A stretch of 38,953 bases of DNA, taken from Mesotaenium endlicherianum. Taxonomy: Eukaryota. The notes under the pieces are model-generated. The model was not told the DNA's origin. It was given only the letters and a program-made list of their open reading frames with translations, and did not search any database. Location of the stretch: contig WELA01002483.1 of the NCBI GenBank assembly GCA_009602735.1, positions 1-38,953 of the forward strand, read 5' to 3'. The position numbers and the translations under genes are program-made. This document shows positions 22,601-34,660 of the stretch, in pieces. Each line of letters begins with the position of its first letter. The first letter of the stretch is position 1.

Positions 22601-23592
22601 GGGGTAGTCCTGGAGGCATATTAAATACATCCGTGTATTGAGCAACAATTTTCGCAGCAGTAGGGTGCGCCGGAGGGCTTACCTTTTTTCTCAACCACTT
22701 TTTCAGGTTGAGGAGGTACCTCTTTTAGCAGCAGACAGAACATTTTGTCTTCATTCTGGTTCCAGCTTTTGACGAACTCCATTGCATTCAGCAACTTGCA
22801 TCCTTCTGGAAGCCTCTTCTTTTCCTTCATTTGCCATCCACACAGGACAAGAGGAAGAGCACTGGTGGGTGCCAAGTTAGTCTGCCCTTCACTGGCTCCT
22901 CTCACTTTAATTGTACCTCTGCTCCAACACACTTCAGCTTGATGTCTATTAAGCCAGGACCTGCCTAGCACAAGATCATAAAAGCCAGTGTTGAGTACCT
23001 CAAATGTAAGCGTTTCAGTTTGAACTGGAATGCCTGAACCTAACGGGACCTCAATAAGCTCGGTTATAACTCCTCCCGGGATACTTGAGGCATCTCCAAG
23101 GAATATTTTTTTATTCCCTTGGGTGACAGTAGGCAGCCTTAGCCGCTTAACTAAGTCCTTGCGGATAAAAGTATGTGACGCCCCTCCGTCAACACATGCC
23201 CTCACCTTCCTACCTGCAATCATGCAATGCAGTAGGATAGAGGGGACTGTATTTTCCTGACTTTCGCATTGTTCTCCTGACTTAGCAAAGAAATGTTGGA
23301 CATCAGGTGGAACAAGAGCATCCAGAGTGTGCACTCTCTGGATGTCTATATTGCTGATGGTCTCCTTTATCTGGTTGTCAGGCATGCATAGTGAATCCAG
23401 TTCCGCAGGACCCATAATACCTGCTACGAGGGCAGCTAGTGGCGACTCACTATCTCTAGCATCCTCACAATCAGTAGACTGGATTACTGACTGTTGCTGT
23501 CTTCTAAAGGTTGGTCTTTTCTCTCGACTTTTGGGAGGTGCTTGTCTGGAAACTGCTCTCTGAAGTGACCTGGCTGTTGGCAATGGAAGCAA
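19699..23592 (-). pseudogene. pol: B2 pol pseudogene (PR, RT, RNase H, integrase, chromodomain)
   Basis: CVDGGASHTFI (PR); [15 protein letters not shown] (RT); HDKELLAI (RNase H); CDQCQR, ISMDWV, WVGPY (integrase). Manual translation of ~19700-19900 gives [38 protein letters not shown] (chromodomain). Several stops and frameshifts. Confidence 0.93.
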
Positions 23593-23964
23593 ATCAATTT
23601 TGCTGAGGCTGGTCTCGGCTTAGTCCTTCCACCACCTCTTCCATAGCCGCCTCGAGGGAAACCACCTCTACCTCTAGATTGTATGGCATTATACTCATAC
23701 TCATATCCATCACCCTGATGATTCTCAGCTTGGTCTCCTTCAATTGCATTGTAGGAACCGTGGGGCTTTTTGACAACCTTAGACACCAAAGCATTACTCC
23801 GGCGCTTGTGATTGAACTGCTGCCTCTCTAGCTGCAGTATCTGCCACTGCTTCAGAATAGGTACGGGTTCCCGCTACATGGCTTTCAGCCTGGTTTTTGA
23901 CATTCTCGTTATCCTGGTTCTCCATGTCTCGGGAGTTGCTAGTTTGAGACCTTGTCCTTACCAT
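23484..23964 (-). pseudogene. gag: B2 gag remnant with a large out-of-frame internal deletion at ~23817
   Basis: About 49 codons match the B1 gag start, then the sequence jumps to an RGG-rich segment and a degenerate knuckle CFHCQQPGHFREQF. Confidence 0.85.
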
Positions 23965-23985
23965 ACAAAGAAGACTATGATAACT

Positions 23986-23997
23986 GCTCCGATACCA
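23986..23997 (-). promoter_or_regulatory. Primer binding site (tRNA-iMet type) of B2
   Basis: TGGTATCGGAGC on the minus strand, next to the 5' LTR. Confidence 0.9.
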
Positions 23998-23998
23998 C

Positions 23999-24717
23999 TG
24001 AAATGAATCGACTTACCAAATAGGCGATTAACAATTAATGAAGATCTTTATATCAGCAAGTAATCTTTATGGACTTTCCGTTATTTGATTAAACGGCAAA
24101 AGGACAACACACTAGCAATGAACAACACTCGTAAGTCAAATGCGAGTAAACTAGCATCAATAATGCACTCAGTAAACTCATACATAACCAAGGTTAGAAG
24201 ATAGTGCGTATCAATGGCTTCTCGCCTTGAATTCAGATCTCTCTTAGTAAGCTGTACAAGAGAGTTGGCCTTGTTTCCGAATGCCGAACTCGAGAGCAAT
24301 CCTAGCATATGTACATGGAATGAATTTACTGTTCAACGGCCAGTGCGATGGCACCGCCTACTCGGGAGTTAACCACGTTGGTAGGACCTCGGTTAACCAA
24401 ATCCACCGCCATCTCCCATCATCCCAAATCGCCATCCATCATAGGGATGTCATTTGGCCATTCATCTAGCACACCACACTTAGATGCATATCGAGGCAGT
24501 TCGCTGCTACCGAGTACGGAAGTCAGCTGGCTGTCAAAGAATGTGTCAGCAAGCTGACTTAAGCTGACTTCAGCCTGCTGCTTTCGGTTGAGTCATTAAA
24601 TTGATAATAAACATAAAGTCCAGTAATCGGATTAGTAACTAGGGTTCAGCAGGCTGAACTTATTTGACTGTTATATTTAAATGAATATTATATCAACCAA
24701 TATGCTGATTCATTACA
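23999..24717 (-). repeat. B2 5' LTR (719 bp)
   Basis: TGTAATGAATC...GATTCATTTCA, flanked by the TSD and the PBS. Confidence 0.94.
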
Positions 24718-25809
24718 CACTCCTTGCTGGTTTCTTGCATCATAAGTGTTATTGGAGGGTCTTCCACTCTTCCGGGCAGTCGCGGGGTCCCTTTTTATAA
24801 CTTCAATTTTCATGGGTGTGGGTCCAGATTTGGATGTGGAAGGGGCTGCGTACACCCGCGTCGCCGGTACCCGTGAAGATGAAAGCACGGAGTGCTTGAA
24901 ATCCAAGGTATTCACCTTTTGGGCCACTTCAATGATGTTTGTGAACTCCGTCAAGTCCCGTATTTCCACTTCCTTTGCCACCTTGGGCTTGAGGCCAAAG
25001 ATGTAGCGGTCAATCTTCTCCTCGAGAGACATGTTGGGGATCTCAAGACTGAGGGCGTGAAATCTGGATGTATACTCTTGAACGGACGTCGTTTGCTTGA
25101 GATGGTGGAGCTTTCCTCGGGCAATCTTCTCCGCATTGATGGGCATGAATTGCTTCTTGAGGGCCTCACGAAAATCTGCCCATCTTGCATATGATGGTGG
25201 GGGCTCTTGGCCGAGCATGGGGTGCGCCATAGCTTGATATATAGCCGCTTGATAGTTACGCCACCATGATGTTGCTGCTCCTCTAAGTAAGGTAACGGCA
25301 AAGGGAACGTAGTCCTCCTCGGGTACTTCAAGGAATGCGAGGTACGTCTCCACTTGGTAGAGCCATAAATTCAGGTTGGCACCTTTCCCGGGGTTGAAAG
25401 TGTCGGGTTTGCCGGGCTTGATGAGTTTCCTTGCTCTCGTTGGCTCTTGTGGAGGCGCTTGAGCCGGGGCTGGATTTTGAGCATTGCTCGCAATAGGGGC
25501 AACCATGGCAGCCATAGCTTCTCTTGACGCTTGCACGGTTGCTTCATAGGTGGCCAAGCCCACTTGGTTGTGGACGGTCATTAGGAAGGCTGCCCACTCA
25601 TTTGCGAGAACTCCTTGTGGTGGGGTCAACTTTGCTATAGCGGCTGCCACGGGATTTGNAGCCACGGGATTTGACGGCGCTCCTCCTTGTGGTGCTTCTT
25701 GTTGTTGCAAATTTTCTTGAGTGGGCTCCCCCATTGGCGCTGGAGGAGGGTCTCTTGGAGAGGAAGGGCTTCCTTCAAAAGCTTGCTGTTGGTCTTGAGG
25801 ATCGGCCAT
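24718..25809 (-). pseudogene. gag: A2 gag 5' part, truncated by B2
   Basis: MADPQDQQQ...NQQGV, after which the ORF reads into the B2 LTR (CNESAYWLI*). Confidence 0.92.
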
Positions 25810-25846
25810 CTTCTTGTGCTACCAAAGTGCCTCGCTCCAATACCAC

Positions 25847-26349
25847 TGTAGTGAAACAGATATATAAAGTACTTAGTAAAATAGAATACTTTATCTATTC
25901 AAGACAAGGATCTTTGAACACAAGTGGTAGCTTCTTGAAAGAGAGATGGCTTCTTGAAAGTTAATATATTTCTGGATTTTGGCAAGTACAAGAGTGATTC
26001 TGGAATGTCTTTCTATGTTCTAGCTCTTGTTTATATACTTGCTACATAAGTAATTTCTAGGAAGGTGTATGTTGATATGTTGGCACCCGACACATTCCAA
26101 AACTTGCCACCTCTTTCTAGAATAATGTACACATGTCCTTTTGACCTTAAAATAGCACATTTGACTTTTGCCACGTGGAGTTCTTCTAGGCCTTTCCTCT
26201 AACTTCGAAAATGCCTTAGAAGGTTCAAAGGGCATGAACCAAGTTACTAGAGTACCTATTCACACTTGAATCCACACAATACTACTCCAAATATAATTGA
26301 AAACATTAAAATGTATGCAAACTAATATATAATATCTCAAATCACTACA
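25847..26349 (-). repeat. Shared middle family A LTR (5' LTR of A2 and 3' LTR of A3)
   Basis: The A2 PBS is on its left and the A3 PPT on its right. Confidence 0.95.
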
Positions 26350-27118
26350 TCACCCCCCCGATAGAAAAAGCGACGTCTCGGCGCGTCAAGTCAGGTCTTA
26401 CACATGTGGAGCAAACTAGTCAACAGTTTCAAGTCAGATGCCACACATGAAAAATAGGACTAGTCAAAGGCGCCAAGTCAGGTGTACACATGTAAGGTAG
26501 ACTAGGCAAGGTCGTAGGTGGTGTGACCTTATTGGCTAGCCAACTCCTTAATGATAAAGAAAATTGTACAAGTTGGCCCAGAATCTGCCACGAACTCAAA
26601 AATTCATAGCGGCCACAGAACTGCTCCAAATCTGAAAATTCGAGTGCCAGACGGACCGCGTCGGAGAACTCTACCGGGTCACCAAATTTGAGAGCATTCT
26701 CATTTCTGGAGTGTCGTTGAGAGCTGAGAGAGTAGGCACTCCTCCAAATCTGTGCAGAAACTTCTGAAAATCATAAGTCCTTCTATACTTCTTCAAATGC
26801 TCCAATCTAAGTCTCAAACTGGGCGCTGTAAGATGTTCTACCAGAGTCTTGAGTTTCAGAGCATTCCAAGTTCAGGGGAGGGCACAATGTCAGAAGGCAT
26901 ATTCTGCCCTAACAATGCCAGCAGCCTGACCCCCTTCTACTTAGAGCATCATATCTCTCTCACCAGTGCTCCAAATTGAGCAAACTTGGACTCTAAATGA
27001 CCGGCTACTCATGGACTACAGCCAGGTAAATTTTCAGATATTATTATGAAGAGACCTATTGCCAGTAGCAGTTTTAGTTTTCTGTCCAGAAACTGCAAGA
27101 AGAGAAAAGTGTCTAATG

Positions 27119-30100
27119 TCATTTTTTCCTCTTTGTGGTTCTTGCAGGCTGCCTCCAAGGGGTCTTCTGCTGCTTCTTGATGGTGGCAGGCTGCCTCCCT
27201 GAAGTCTTCGGGCTTTTAGTAGAGAGACTTGGGGCTGGTCCAAGATGGGGGTTGGCGGCATGGAAGCGCTTCAACTTTCTCTGAACTTTGTCAAGGTAGT
27301 GCGCCGCCACCCAACTATTCTCCGAATCTGGATATCCTTTCCACTTGATCAAGTATTGCTGCTGTCTCCTGAAATTTCTCATAGCCACTATGTCTTCCAC
27401 TTCGTACTCCAAATGATCATCCACTATTGTTGGGGCTGGTGGGGTTGTCACACATCCTGGGAACTTGTTGTCGGGTTGCACATACGGCTTGAAGAGGGAA
27501 GCGTGGAATACGGGGTCGATGTGCATAGTCTGGGGAAGTTCTAGATTGAAAGCAACGGGGTTGACTTGCTGGATAATCTTGGAGGGTCCCAAATACTTGA
27601 GAGAGAACTTGCTGCCGGCAGGCCTGTTGTTCAGGAAAATATTCTTGGATGATAGTAACACGTTGTCACCCACTCTGTACGTAATTTCTCTTCTGGATCT
27701 GTTCGCCACTCTTGCTTGAGCATCTTGCGCGTGTTGTAGAGCTTTCTTCGCTGCTGTAAGGGCTGCTTCTAATGTCTCCATAAAATCTGTGGCTGCAGGT
27801 ACTTCATCATGGCCAGCCGTGAAGCTCAGTGGCGTGGTCGGATGGAAGCCATAGTTGAGGAAGAATGGGGACTCTTGGGTAGAGGCCTGCGTAGTGTTGT
27901 TGTAGGCAAACTCGAGGGGGGTCAAGTACATGTCCCAGTCTTGCTCGAGGGTAGACACGTAGGCCTTTAGAGAGGTCTTTAGGGTACGATTCATACGCTC
28001 GGTTTGCCCATCTGATTGTGGGTGGTAGGCAGTAGACATATCCAGCGATGTACCCAAGTTCTTGAAGAGATTTTTCCAGAAATGACTTGTGAATCTTGGG
28101 TCTCTATCTGACACAATTCTTGATGGTAGTCCATGGAGTCGGAAGATGTTGTCAAAGATGAGTCTTGCAAGTTGTGGTGCTGTAGCCTTAGTCGTCGTGG
28201 GAATAAAATGAGCCATCTTAGTAAGTCTGTCCACCACCGTGAGTATTGCATTATGGCCTCGAGGTGTCACGGGCAAGTCCACAATAAGGTCCATTGAGAT
28301 GTCCGTCCGTTGCCTTTCCGGAATTGGTAGTGGTTGGAGGAGTCCTCCCGCCTTTTGGGATGATGGCTTGACTCTTTGGCATGTGTCACAGCTCCTGCAG
28401 TACTCCTTGACTTGCTTAGACATGCCTGGCCAGCAATAAGTCCTGGCTAGAACGCCCGTGGTCCTTAGGATTCCAAAGTGTCCTCCAAGAGGGTTGTCGT
28501 GTGCTTCTCGTAGAAGCAAGAGCCGGAGGTCTAAGTCATTAGGAACACATCTCTGGCCCGTGTCTTGCCTCACCCAATAATTGCCTTCTTGCTTCTTGTA
28601 TGGGTCCAAGGCTGCTTCTCCGTTCTTGTAGTAAGGGTCTCTTTCATAGGCGGCTGAAAATCGAGTTTCCAGATCAGTGTTCAGGGATGTCATCACGGTG
28701 TTTAATTGCAGTCTTGAGAGGGGGTCAGCCGGGTTTGTCTTGCCGGGCTGGTACTGAATTGTGATGTTGTATTGTTGCAAGTATCCGCTCCATCTTGCTT
28801 GTCTCCTTGAGAGATACGGCTGCGTCTGGAGGTGCTTTAACGCCTCGTGGTCCGTGGTGACCAGTACTTTGCGTCCTTCAACGTAGCAGCGCCAAACCTT
28901 CAAGGCATGTACAATCGCCAATGCCTCTCGCTCCGTGGTTGTATAATTTTGCTCGGCTGGATTTAGCTTCCTTGACTCGTAGGCGATGGGCTGCAGTCCC
29001 TTGCCTTGGTCTTGAAGCAGGATTGCTCCTATTGCATAGGAAGATGCATCGGTGATGACGTGGAAGGGCCAATCTGGGTTTGGACTTGGGAGTGTGAGCA
29101 CCGGGGATGTGGTCAATCTTCGCTTTAACTCTTGAAATGCCTCTTCCTCTTTCTCGGTCCATGTATATAGCCTGTCCTTCTTGAGTAGATCTGTCAGGGG
29201 GGCTGCTATGTGCGAGAAGCCTTGGATGAATTTTCTGTACCAATTGGCAAATCCCAAGAATGACTGGAGTTCTTTCTTGGTCGTGGGGGTTGGCCATTCC
29301 TCCACCACCGTGGTCTTCTTGGGGTCTATCTTGATGCCATCAGCAGTCACGTGGAGACCTAGGAACTCCACTTCTTGTTTGGCAAACTCGCATTTTGACT
29401 CCTTCGCAAACAGCTTGTTTTGCTTCAATACTTCAAGGACTTCTTTCAAGTGTCTCGCATGCTCTTCAAGGGTCTTGCTGTAGATAAGGATGTCATCGAT
29501 GAATACCACCACAAATCTGTCCAACATGGGCTGAAATATGGTGTTCATCATAGTCATGAAAGTTGCTGGCGCGTTGGTGAGTCCAAATGGCAGGACCATG
29601 AACTCAAAATGTCCATATCTTGTCCTGAATGCCGTCTTCTCTATGTCCGGTTCTGCGATGCGAATCTGGTGGTAGCCGCTCCGTAAGTCAATCTTCGTGA
29701 AGTACTTGGCTCCAACCAGCCGGTCCATGAGCTCATCCATGCGCGGCAGCGGGTATCGATTCTTGATGGTGATCTTGTTGAGGGCGCGATAGTCCACACA
29801 CATCCTCAAGGTACCATCTTTCTTCTTGACAAATAGCACCGGGGCTCCAAATGGCGACTTGCTAGGTCGAATGAAGCCATGCTCCAGTAGCTCCTTGATT
29901 TGCTTCTTGACTTCGTCTAGCTCCGTGTATGACATTTTGAACGTAGGCCGAGAGATGGGCTTGCTTCCGGGCTCCAACTCTATCTTGTGGTCTACGAATC
30001 TTTTGGGGGGTAGGCCCTTGGGCAATTCCGGGGAGAACACTTCTTTGTAGTCCTCAAAGACTTCTTGTATCTCCTTGGGAACGGGGCTGCCTTCTTGACT

Positions 30101-30784
30101 CTCGATGTCTTTCTTGATGTCTTTTGGCGTGATCAAGGCCAAAAGAAGCTCGTGTCCCTTCCTCACAAGTCTCTTGAGTTGGAGGGCGGACAATAGTATC
30201 TCGTGTGCCGGCTTCTGGATGTCTTGGGTCTGGATATTCTGGATTGCGCGCAAAATACAGATTCTTGAAGTGATGTCATTCTTGATCTTGATAGTACCGG
30301 TCCTCCAATCAACTTGGGGGTTGTGCTTGGTCAACCAAGGCGTCCCTAGGATGACGTCGTACTTGCCCAATTGCATGGGGGAGAACACTACTCTATCCTT
30401 GAAGGACTTGATAGAGAGTGCCAAGGGGTACGTCTTCTTGGAAGGGGTAGTATAGGAGAATCCATCGGGCATCATAATCTCCTCGTCGTGGTCAAGAGTT
30501 CGCATAGTAATACCGTGCTTGGTGGCAAAATCTGCAGCAATGAAGTTGCCTTGAGCTCCGCTATCCACCAAGATGTGGACCTTCTCTCCTCCAAGGTAAC
30601 CTCTCAAACTCATTGGGGCTGGAACGTCGTCTTCAACGGGGGTCTCCACCTCACTTGGCGTGTTGCCTTCTCGTGAAGTGGGTCTTGGGGTGGTAGGCTC
30701 CTGGCCTACCGGCGCTGTCCGTTTTTTGACAACTTTTTGGGGCATGAAAGTGCACGATGGCCCTTTTCCTTGCAATAGAAGCAT
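27119..30784 (-). CDS. pol: A3 Pol polyprotein (PR-RT-RNase H-integrase-chromodomain)
   Basis: 1221-aa ORF nearly identical to A1 Pol. Frameshift heptamer at 30721-30727 and hairpin at 30692-30710. Confidence 0.96.
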   Translation of the reverse strand: MLLLQGKGPSCTFMPQKVVKKRTAPVGQEPTTPRPTSREGNTPSEVETPVEDDVPAPMSLRGYLGGEKVHILVDSGAQGNFIAADFATKHGITMRTLDHDEEIMMPDGFSYTTPSKKTYPLALSIKSFKDRVVFSPMQLGKYDVILGTPWLTKHNPQVDWRTGTIKIKNDITSRICILRAIQNIQTQDIQKPAHEILLSALQLKRLVRKGHELLLALITPKDIKKDIESQEGSPVPKEIQEVFEDYKEVFSPELPKGLPPKRFVDHKIELEPGSKPISRPTFKMSYTELDEVKKQIKELLEHGFIRPSKSPFGAPVLFVKKKDGTLRMCVDYRALNKITIKNRYPLPRMDELMDRLVGAKYFTKIDLRSGYHQIRIAEPDIEKTAFRTRYGHFEFMVLPFGLTNAPATFMTMMNTIFQPMLDRFVVVFIDDILIYSKTLEEHARHLKEVLEVLKQNKLFAKESKCEFAKQEVEFLGLHVTADGIKIDPKKTTVVEEWPTPTTKKELQSFLGFANWYRKFIQGFSHIAAPLTDLLKKDRLYTWTEKEEEAFQELKRRLTTSPVLTLPSPNPDWPFHVITDASSYAIGAILLQDQGKGLQPIAYESRKLNPAEQNYTTTEREALAIVHALKVWRCYVEGRKVLVTTDHEALKHLQTQPYLSRRQARWSGYLQQYNITIQYQPGKTNPADPLSRLQLNTVMTSLNTDLETRFSAAYERDPYYKNGEAALDPYKKQEGNYWVRQDTGQRCVPNDLDLRLLLLREAHDNPLGGHFGILRTTGVLARTYCWPGMSKQVKEYCRSCDTCQRVKPSSQKAGGLLQPLPIPERQRTDISMDLIVDLPVTPRGHNAILTVVDRLTKMAHFIPTTTKATAPQLARLIFDNIFRLHGLPSRIVSDRDPRFTSHFWKNLFKNLGTSLDMSTAYHPQSDGQTERMNRTLKTSLKAYVSTLEQDWDMYLTPLEFAYNNTTQASTQESPFFLNYGFHPTTPLSFTAGHDEVPAATDFMETLEAALTAAKKALQHAQDAQARVANRSRREITYRVGDNVLLSSKNIFLNNRPAGSKFSLKYLGPSKIIQQVNPVAFNLELPQTMHIDPVFHASLFKPYVQPDNKFPGCVTTPPAPTIVDDHLEYEVEDIVAMRNFRRQQQYLIKWKGYPDSENSWVAAHYLDKVQRKLKRFHAANPHLGPAPSLSTKSPKTSGRQPATIKKQQKTPWRQPARTTKRKK

Positions 30785-31986
30785 AGTCCAGCCGTCATGA
30801 GAGCTTCTTTTTCAGCCGGGGAGAGTCTTGCTTTCACTCCTTGCTGGTTTCTTGCATCATAAGTGTCATTGGAGGGTCTTCCACTCTTCCGGGCAGCCGC
30901 GGGGTCCCTTTTAATAACTCCGATTTCCATGGGTGTGGGTCCAGATTCGGATGTGGAAGGGGCTGCGTACACCCGCGTCGTCGGTACCCGTGAAGATGAA
31001 GGCACGGAGTGCTTGAAATCCAAGGTATCCACCTTTTGGGCCACTTCAATGATCTTTGAGAAGTCCGTCAAGTCGCGTAACTCCACTTCCTTTGCCACCT
31101 TGGGTTTGAGGCCAAAGATGTAACGGTCAATCTTCTCCTCGAGAGACATGTTGGGGATCTCAAGAGTGAGGGCGTGAAATCTGGATGTATACTCTTGAAC
31201 GGACGTCGTTTGCTTGAGATGGTGGAGCTTTCCTCGGGCAATCTTCTCCGCATTGATGGGCATGAATTGCTTCTTGAGGGCCTCACGAAAATCTGCCCAT
31301 CTTGCATATGATGGTGGGGGCTCTTGGCCGAGCATGGGGTGCGCCATAGCTTGATATATAGCCGCTTGATAGTTACGCCACCATGATGTTGCTGCTCCTC
31401 TAAGTAAGGTAACGGCAAAGGGAACGTAGTCCTCCTCGGGTACTTCAAGGAACGCGAGGTACGTCTCCACTTGGTAGAGCCATAAATTCAGGTTGGCACC
31501 TTTCCCGGGGTTGAAAGTGTCGGGTTTGCCGGGCTTGATGAGTTTCCTTGCTCTCGTTGGCTCTTGTGGAGGCGCTTGAGCCGGGGCTGGATTTTGAGCA
31601 TTGCTCGCAATAGGGGCAACCATGGCAGCCATAGCTTCTCTTGACGCTTGCACGGTTGCTTCATAGGTGGCCAAGCCCACTTGGTTGTGGACGGTCATTA
31701 GGAAGGCTGCCCACTCATTTGCGGGAACTCCTTGTGGTGGGGTCAACTTTGCTATAGCGGCTGCCACGGGATTTGACGGTGCTCCTCCTTGTGGTGCTTC
31801 TTGATGTTGCAGATTTCCTTGAGTAGGCTCTCCCATCAGCGCTGGAGGAGGGTGTACTCCTCCTTGAGGTGCTTCTTGTTGTTGCAGATTTTCTTGAGTG
31901 GGCTCTCCCATCGGCGCTGGAGGAGGGTGTCTTGGAAAGGAAGGGCTTCCTTCGAAAGCTTGCTGTTGGTCTTGAGGATCGGCCAT
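30706..31986 (-). CDS. gag: A3 Gag (capsid domain plus CCHC zinc knuckle), 426 aa
   Basis: [58 protein letters not shown] lies about 25 nt after the PBS. Confidence 0.95.
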   Translation of the reverse strand: MADPQDQQQAFEGSPSFPRHPPPAPMGEPTQENLQQQEAPQGGVHPPPALMGEPTQGNLQHQEAPQGGAPSNPVAAAIAKLTPPQGVPANEWAAFLMTVHNQVGLATYEATVQASREAMAAMVAPIASNAQNPAPAQAPPQEPTRARKLIKPGKPDTFNPGKGANLNLWLYQVETYLAFLEVPEEDYVPFAVTLLRGAATSWWRNYQAAIYQAMAHPMLGQEPPPSYARWADFREALKKQFMPINAEKIARGKLHHLKQTTSVQEYTSRFHALTLEIPNMSLEEKIDRYIFGLKPKVAKEVELRDLTDFSKIIEVAQKVDTLDFKHSVPSSSRVPTTRVYAAPSTSESGPTPMEIGVIKRDPAAARKSGRPSNDTYDARNQQGVKARLSPAEKEALMTAGLCFYCKEKGHRALSCPKKLSKNGQRR

Positions 31987-32010
31987 CTTCTTGTGCTACC
32001 AAAGTGCCTA

Positions 32011-32022
32011 GCTCCGATACCA
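32011..32022 (-). promoter_or_regulatory. Primer binding site (tRNA-iMet type) of A3
   Basis: TGGTATCGGAGC on the minus strand, 1 nt from the LTR. Confidence 0.9.
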
Positions 32023-32023
32023 C

Positions 32024-32524
32024 TGTAGTGAAACAGATAGATAAAGTACTTAGTAAAACAGAATACTTTATCTATTCAAGACAAGGATCTTTGAACACAA
32101 GTGGTAGCTTCTTGAAAGAGAGATGGCTTCTTGAAAGTTAATATATTTCTGGATTTTGGCAAGTACAAGAGTGATTCTGGAATGTCTTTCTATGTTCTAG
32201 CTCTTGTTTATATACTTGCTACATAAGTAATTTCTAGGAAAGTGTATGTTGATGTGTTGGCACCCAACACATCCCAAAACTTGCCACCTCTTTCTAGAAT
32301 AATGTACACATGTCCTTTTGACCTAAAAATGGCACATCTGACTTTTGCCACATGGAGTTCTTCTAGGTCTTTCCTCTAACTTCGAAAATGCCTTGGAAGG
32401 TTCAAAGGACATGAACCAAGTTACTAGAGTACCTATTTACACTTGACTCCACACAATACTACTCCAAATATATTTGAAAACATTAAAATATATGCAAACT
32501 AATATAATAACTCAAATCACTACA
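32024..32524 (-). repeat. A3 5' LTR (501 bp)
   Basis: TGTAGTGA...TCACTACA ends. Confidence 0.95.
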
Positions 32525-33277
32525 AAACTCAACCGCAACGGACGCATCTTGACGAGACCTTTCCAAAATGTCTTAGTTCGCTCAATTTGGTGCATACACG
32601 AAGAAGCCATGTTTATGACCGTGGAAGCTGGTCATAATAGCAAACCCAAAGTGCACACATGACTCGCAAGTAGAAATCCAACTTTAAAGCCTACTGCCCA
32701 GAATGAGGGACTACGAGATCATAACCTGCTATGTACCTAGTGACCACCTGGTTGACCATGGCAAAAGGTGCGCCGTTTCGTGGGAAACCCGTTTAACTGT
32801 GACCCACGGATCTAGGTATAACGACCATATTAATTGGTCGGGTGACTGAAGTCCTAACTGTTCAGCTGACTGACGACGGCTCCACCTATCCAGGAGTTAA
32901 CCACACTGGTAGGACATCCGTTTACTGAATCTTAGTTTACCTCCCGACTTTCAATATATGGTCACATGAGCCAATCTACAAATAATATTATAAATTAATA
33001 TATTTATTCTCAGCATACTGAAGCTAAGTATACTGGCTACTATTATGCAAGCTTACTGTATATCAACCTAATGATATTACATTATATATGTATATATAAC
33101 GATAATCTCAACAAACTATACCATGATACAAAAGTCATCTTGCTGACCTTTTCGACAAAGTAAGAAAACTCGCATTATATCAATATATATTCATGTCGAT
33201 ATTGTGAGTATATTGACATATTACTTATTTAATGATATATGTGTATATGAAATCAAATAAATACATAATGAACTGAT
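32525..33277 (-). repeat. Partial family C LTR, cut by A3 and lacking its first ~8 nt
   Basis: Reverse complement of ~9102-9911, e.g. CTAGGTATAACGACCATATTAATTGGTCGG. Confidence 0.85.
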
Positions 33278-34561
33278 ATAGCTAATATTTTGAGTTGTGA
33301 TATAAATATTGAGTTCCATTTACATATCAATTGTGTTGGAGACAAAGATACACAAATTATCGTGTGGTAATGTAATTACGTTCCAAAATGTTTGCATTGT
33401 GAAGTAATGTACATTTTTACATGAGAAGCATTTCTTGTATTGTTATAATCTTCATTAGCGCCTTGTACAATGTAAGCAGAGGACATACATAGCGTTCGCA
33501 ACCAATTTTCTTCGTTGACCTTGATCTGCATGTTTTAAGTCAAAGATTTGGTGCAAACATGCAAAGTGCTTGTAAACTGACTTAACTATGTGCTGGCTTT
33601 CTTGGTCCTTCTATGAGGCATTGAGTCGCACGAAATTAGTATAATATTATGAGGATCTAGATGTGTATAGAGTTGAGTAGCTTCAAAACCCTGTTCAAAT
33701 CACATGATACAAACTCTTTATTGTGGAATGTCATGCTATCATATGCTTCTTGTGAATGTGAAGCTGTAGTTGGCCGGCATATTTTGTCTTTTTAACGATT
33801 GAGAAATCGTCGATCGTCTTGCTTTGTCCGCACGCTTTAGACTTTCTATCACGCGTGTGATTGATTGCTCATAGGGAGCGACGACTGGGACCGAAATACT
33901 GATTAAAACTAATTCCCGCTGCTGCCCAATATTATCGTGCGTGTGAAAGAGGCGGGGGAGTCGCGTTCGGGTACGTTACGGCATGCTCGGTCAGCGATTC
34001 GTCAAACTGGTCCAGGGGGGCGATGTTGGCGGGGATGCAAAATCATGCAAAATGGCCATTTGGCCCTGTTTGGCCTAGTTTGACCGGTTGGCCACAGACA
34101 TGTGAGAAGCCCGGGCAATAGTTTCTTTTAGGTGCCCCGGAGCACTGCCGGCAGACTGCCGGCATTCGGCAGTGAAAGAGGTCACCAGTGAAAAGAAATC
34201 AAATCCGCACGCTCGACGTCAGTCCCTCGCGCTCGGAAATTTGGAACCGAGGCGGCACGAGCCATATTCAAGTGAGGTCCCTGGTATCGCAAATAATGCG
34301 ATTTCGAAGCGTCCCGACTCGCATTTAATGGGTGGGTTTTTCACCAAAAATGCGATTTGGAAGTGCGAGCATGGGTTGTGAGAGCGCATGGGAGGCTGGA
34401 GTGAGCTGGAGCACCCGGGGGCCGGGACCAGCGATACAGCCCGAGAGCACCCGACAGTGCCAGGGCCTGCCAGGGCCCAGGCAATGGCTGGGAGCACATG
34501 TACGGAAATGACTACTGCTTGTTGCGGTTGTTTTCGACTGTGTACAAACGGGTACAAACGT

Positions 34562-34660
34562 TCAAGAGTTCAAGATCGAGTGGATAATTCGAAGTTCGAG
34601 GCCTCGGGCAAACCTCAAGAGTTCAGATTGAGTGGATAATTCGAAGTTCGAGGCAAACCT
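34562..34660. repeat. About 52-bp tandem duplication upstream of WDR11
   Basis: TCAAGAGTTCA..GAGTGGATAATTCGAAGTTCGAGGC occurs twice. Confidence 0.8.

Larger units (their letters stand above)
16334..24717 (-). mobile_element. Family B chromovirus copy B2: both LTRs present, gag deletion, decayed pol, extra 3' ORF
   Basis: 5-bp TSD CACTC at 16329-16333 and 24718-24722 (single copy in A3 at 30835-30839). LTRs 23999-24717 and 16334-17569, PBS 23986-23997, PPT 17570-17584. Confidence 0.96.
11408..26349 (-). mobile_element. Family A copy A2 (degenerate), interrupted by B2; its 5' LTR is shared with A3
   Basis: LTRs at 11408-11910 and 25847-26349, PPT 11911-11920, mutated PBS TGGTATTGGAGC at 25834-25845, fragmented pol. 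Confidence 0.93.
25847..32524 (-). mobile_element. Family A copy A3: full-length chromovirus with open gag and pol
   Basis: LTRs 32024-32524 and 25847-26349, PBS 32011-32022, PPT 26350-26359. Confidence 0.96.

Noticed and set aside
34562..34660. CRISPR-like repeat
   Set aside because: Only two adjacent copies with no unique spacers, in a eukaryotic context with no cas genes.
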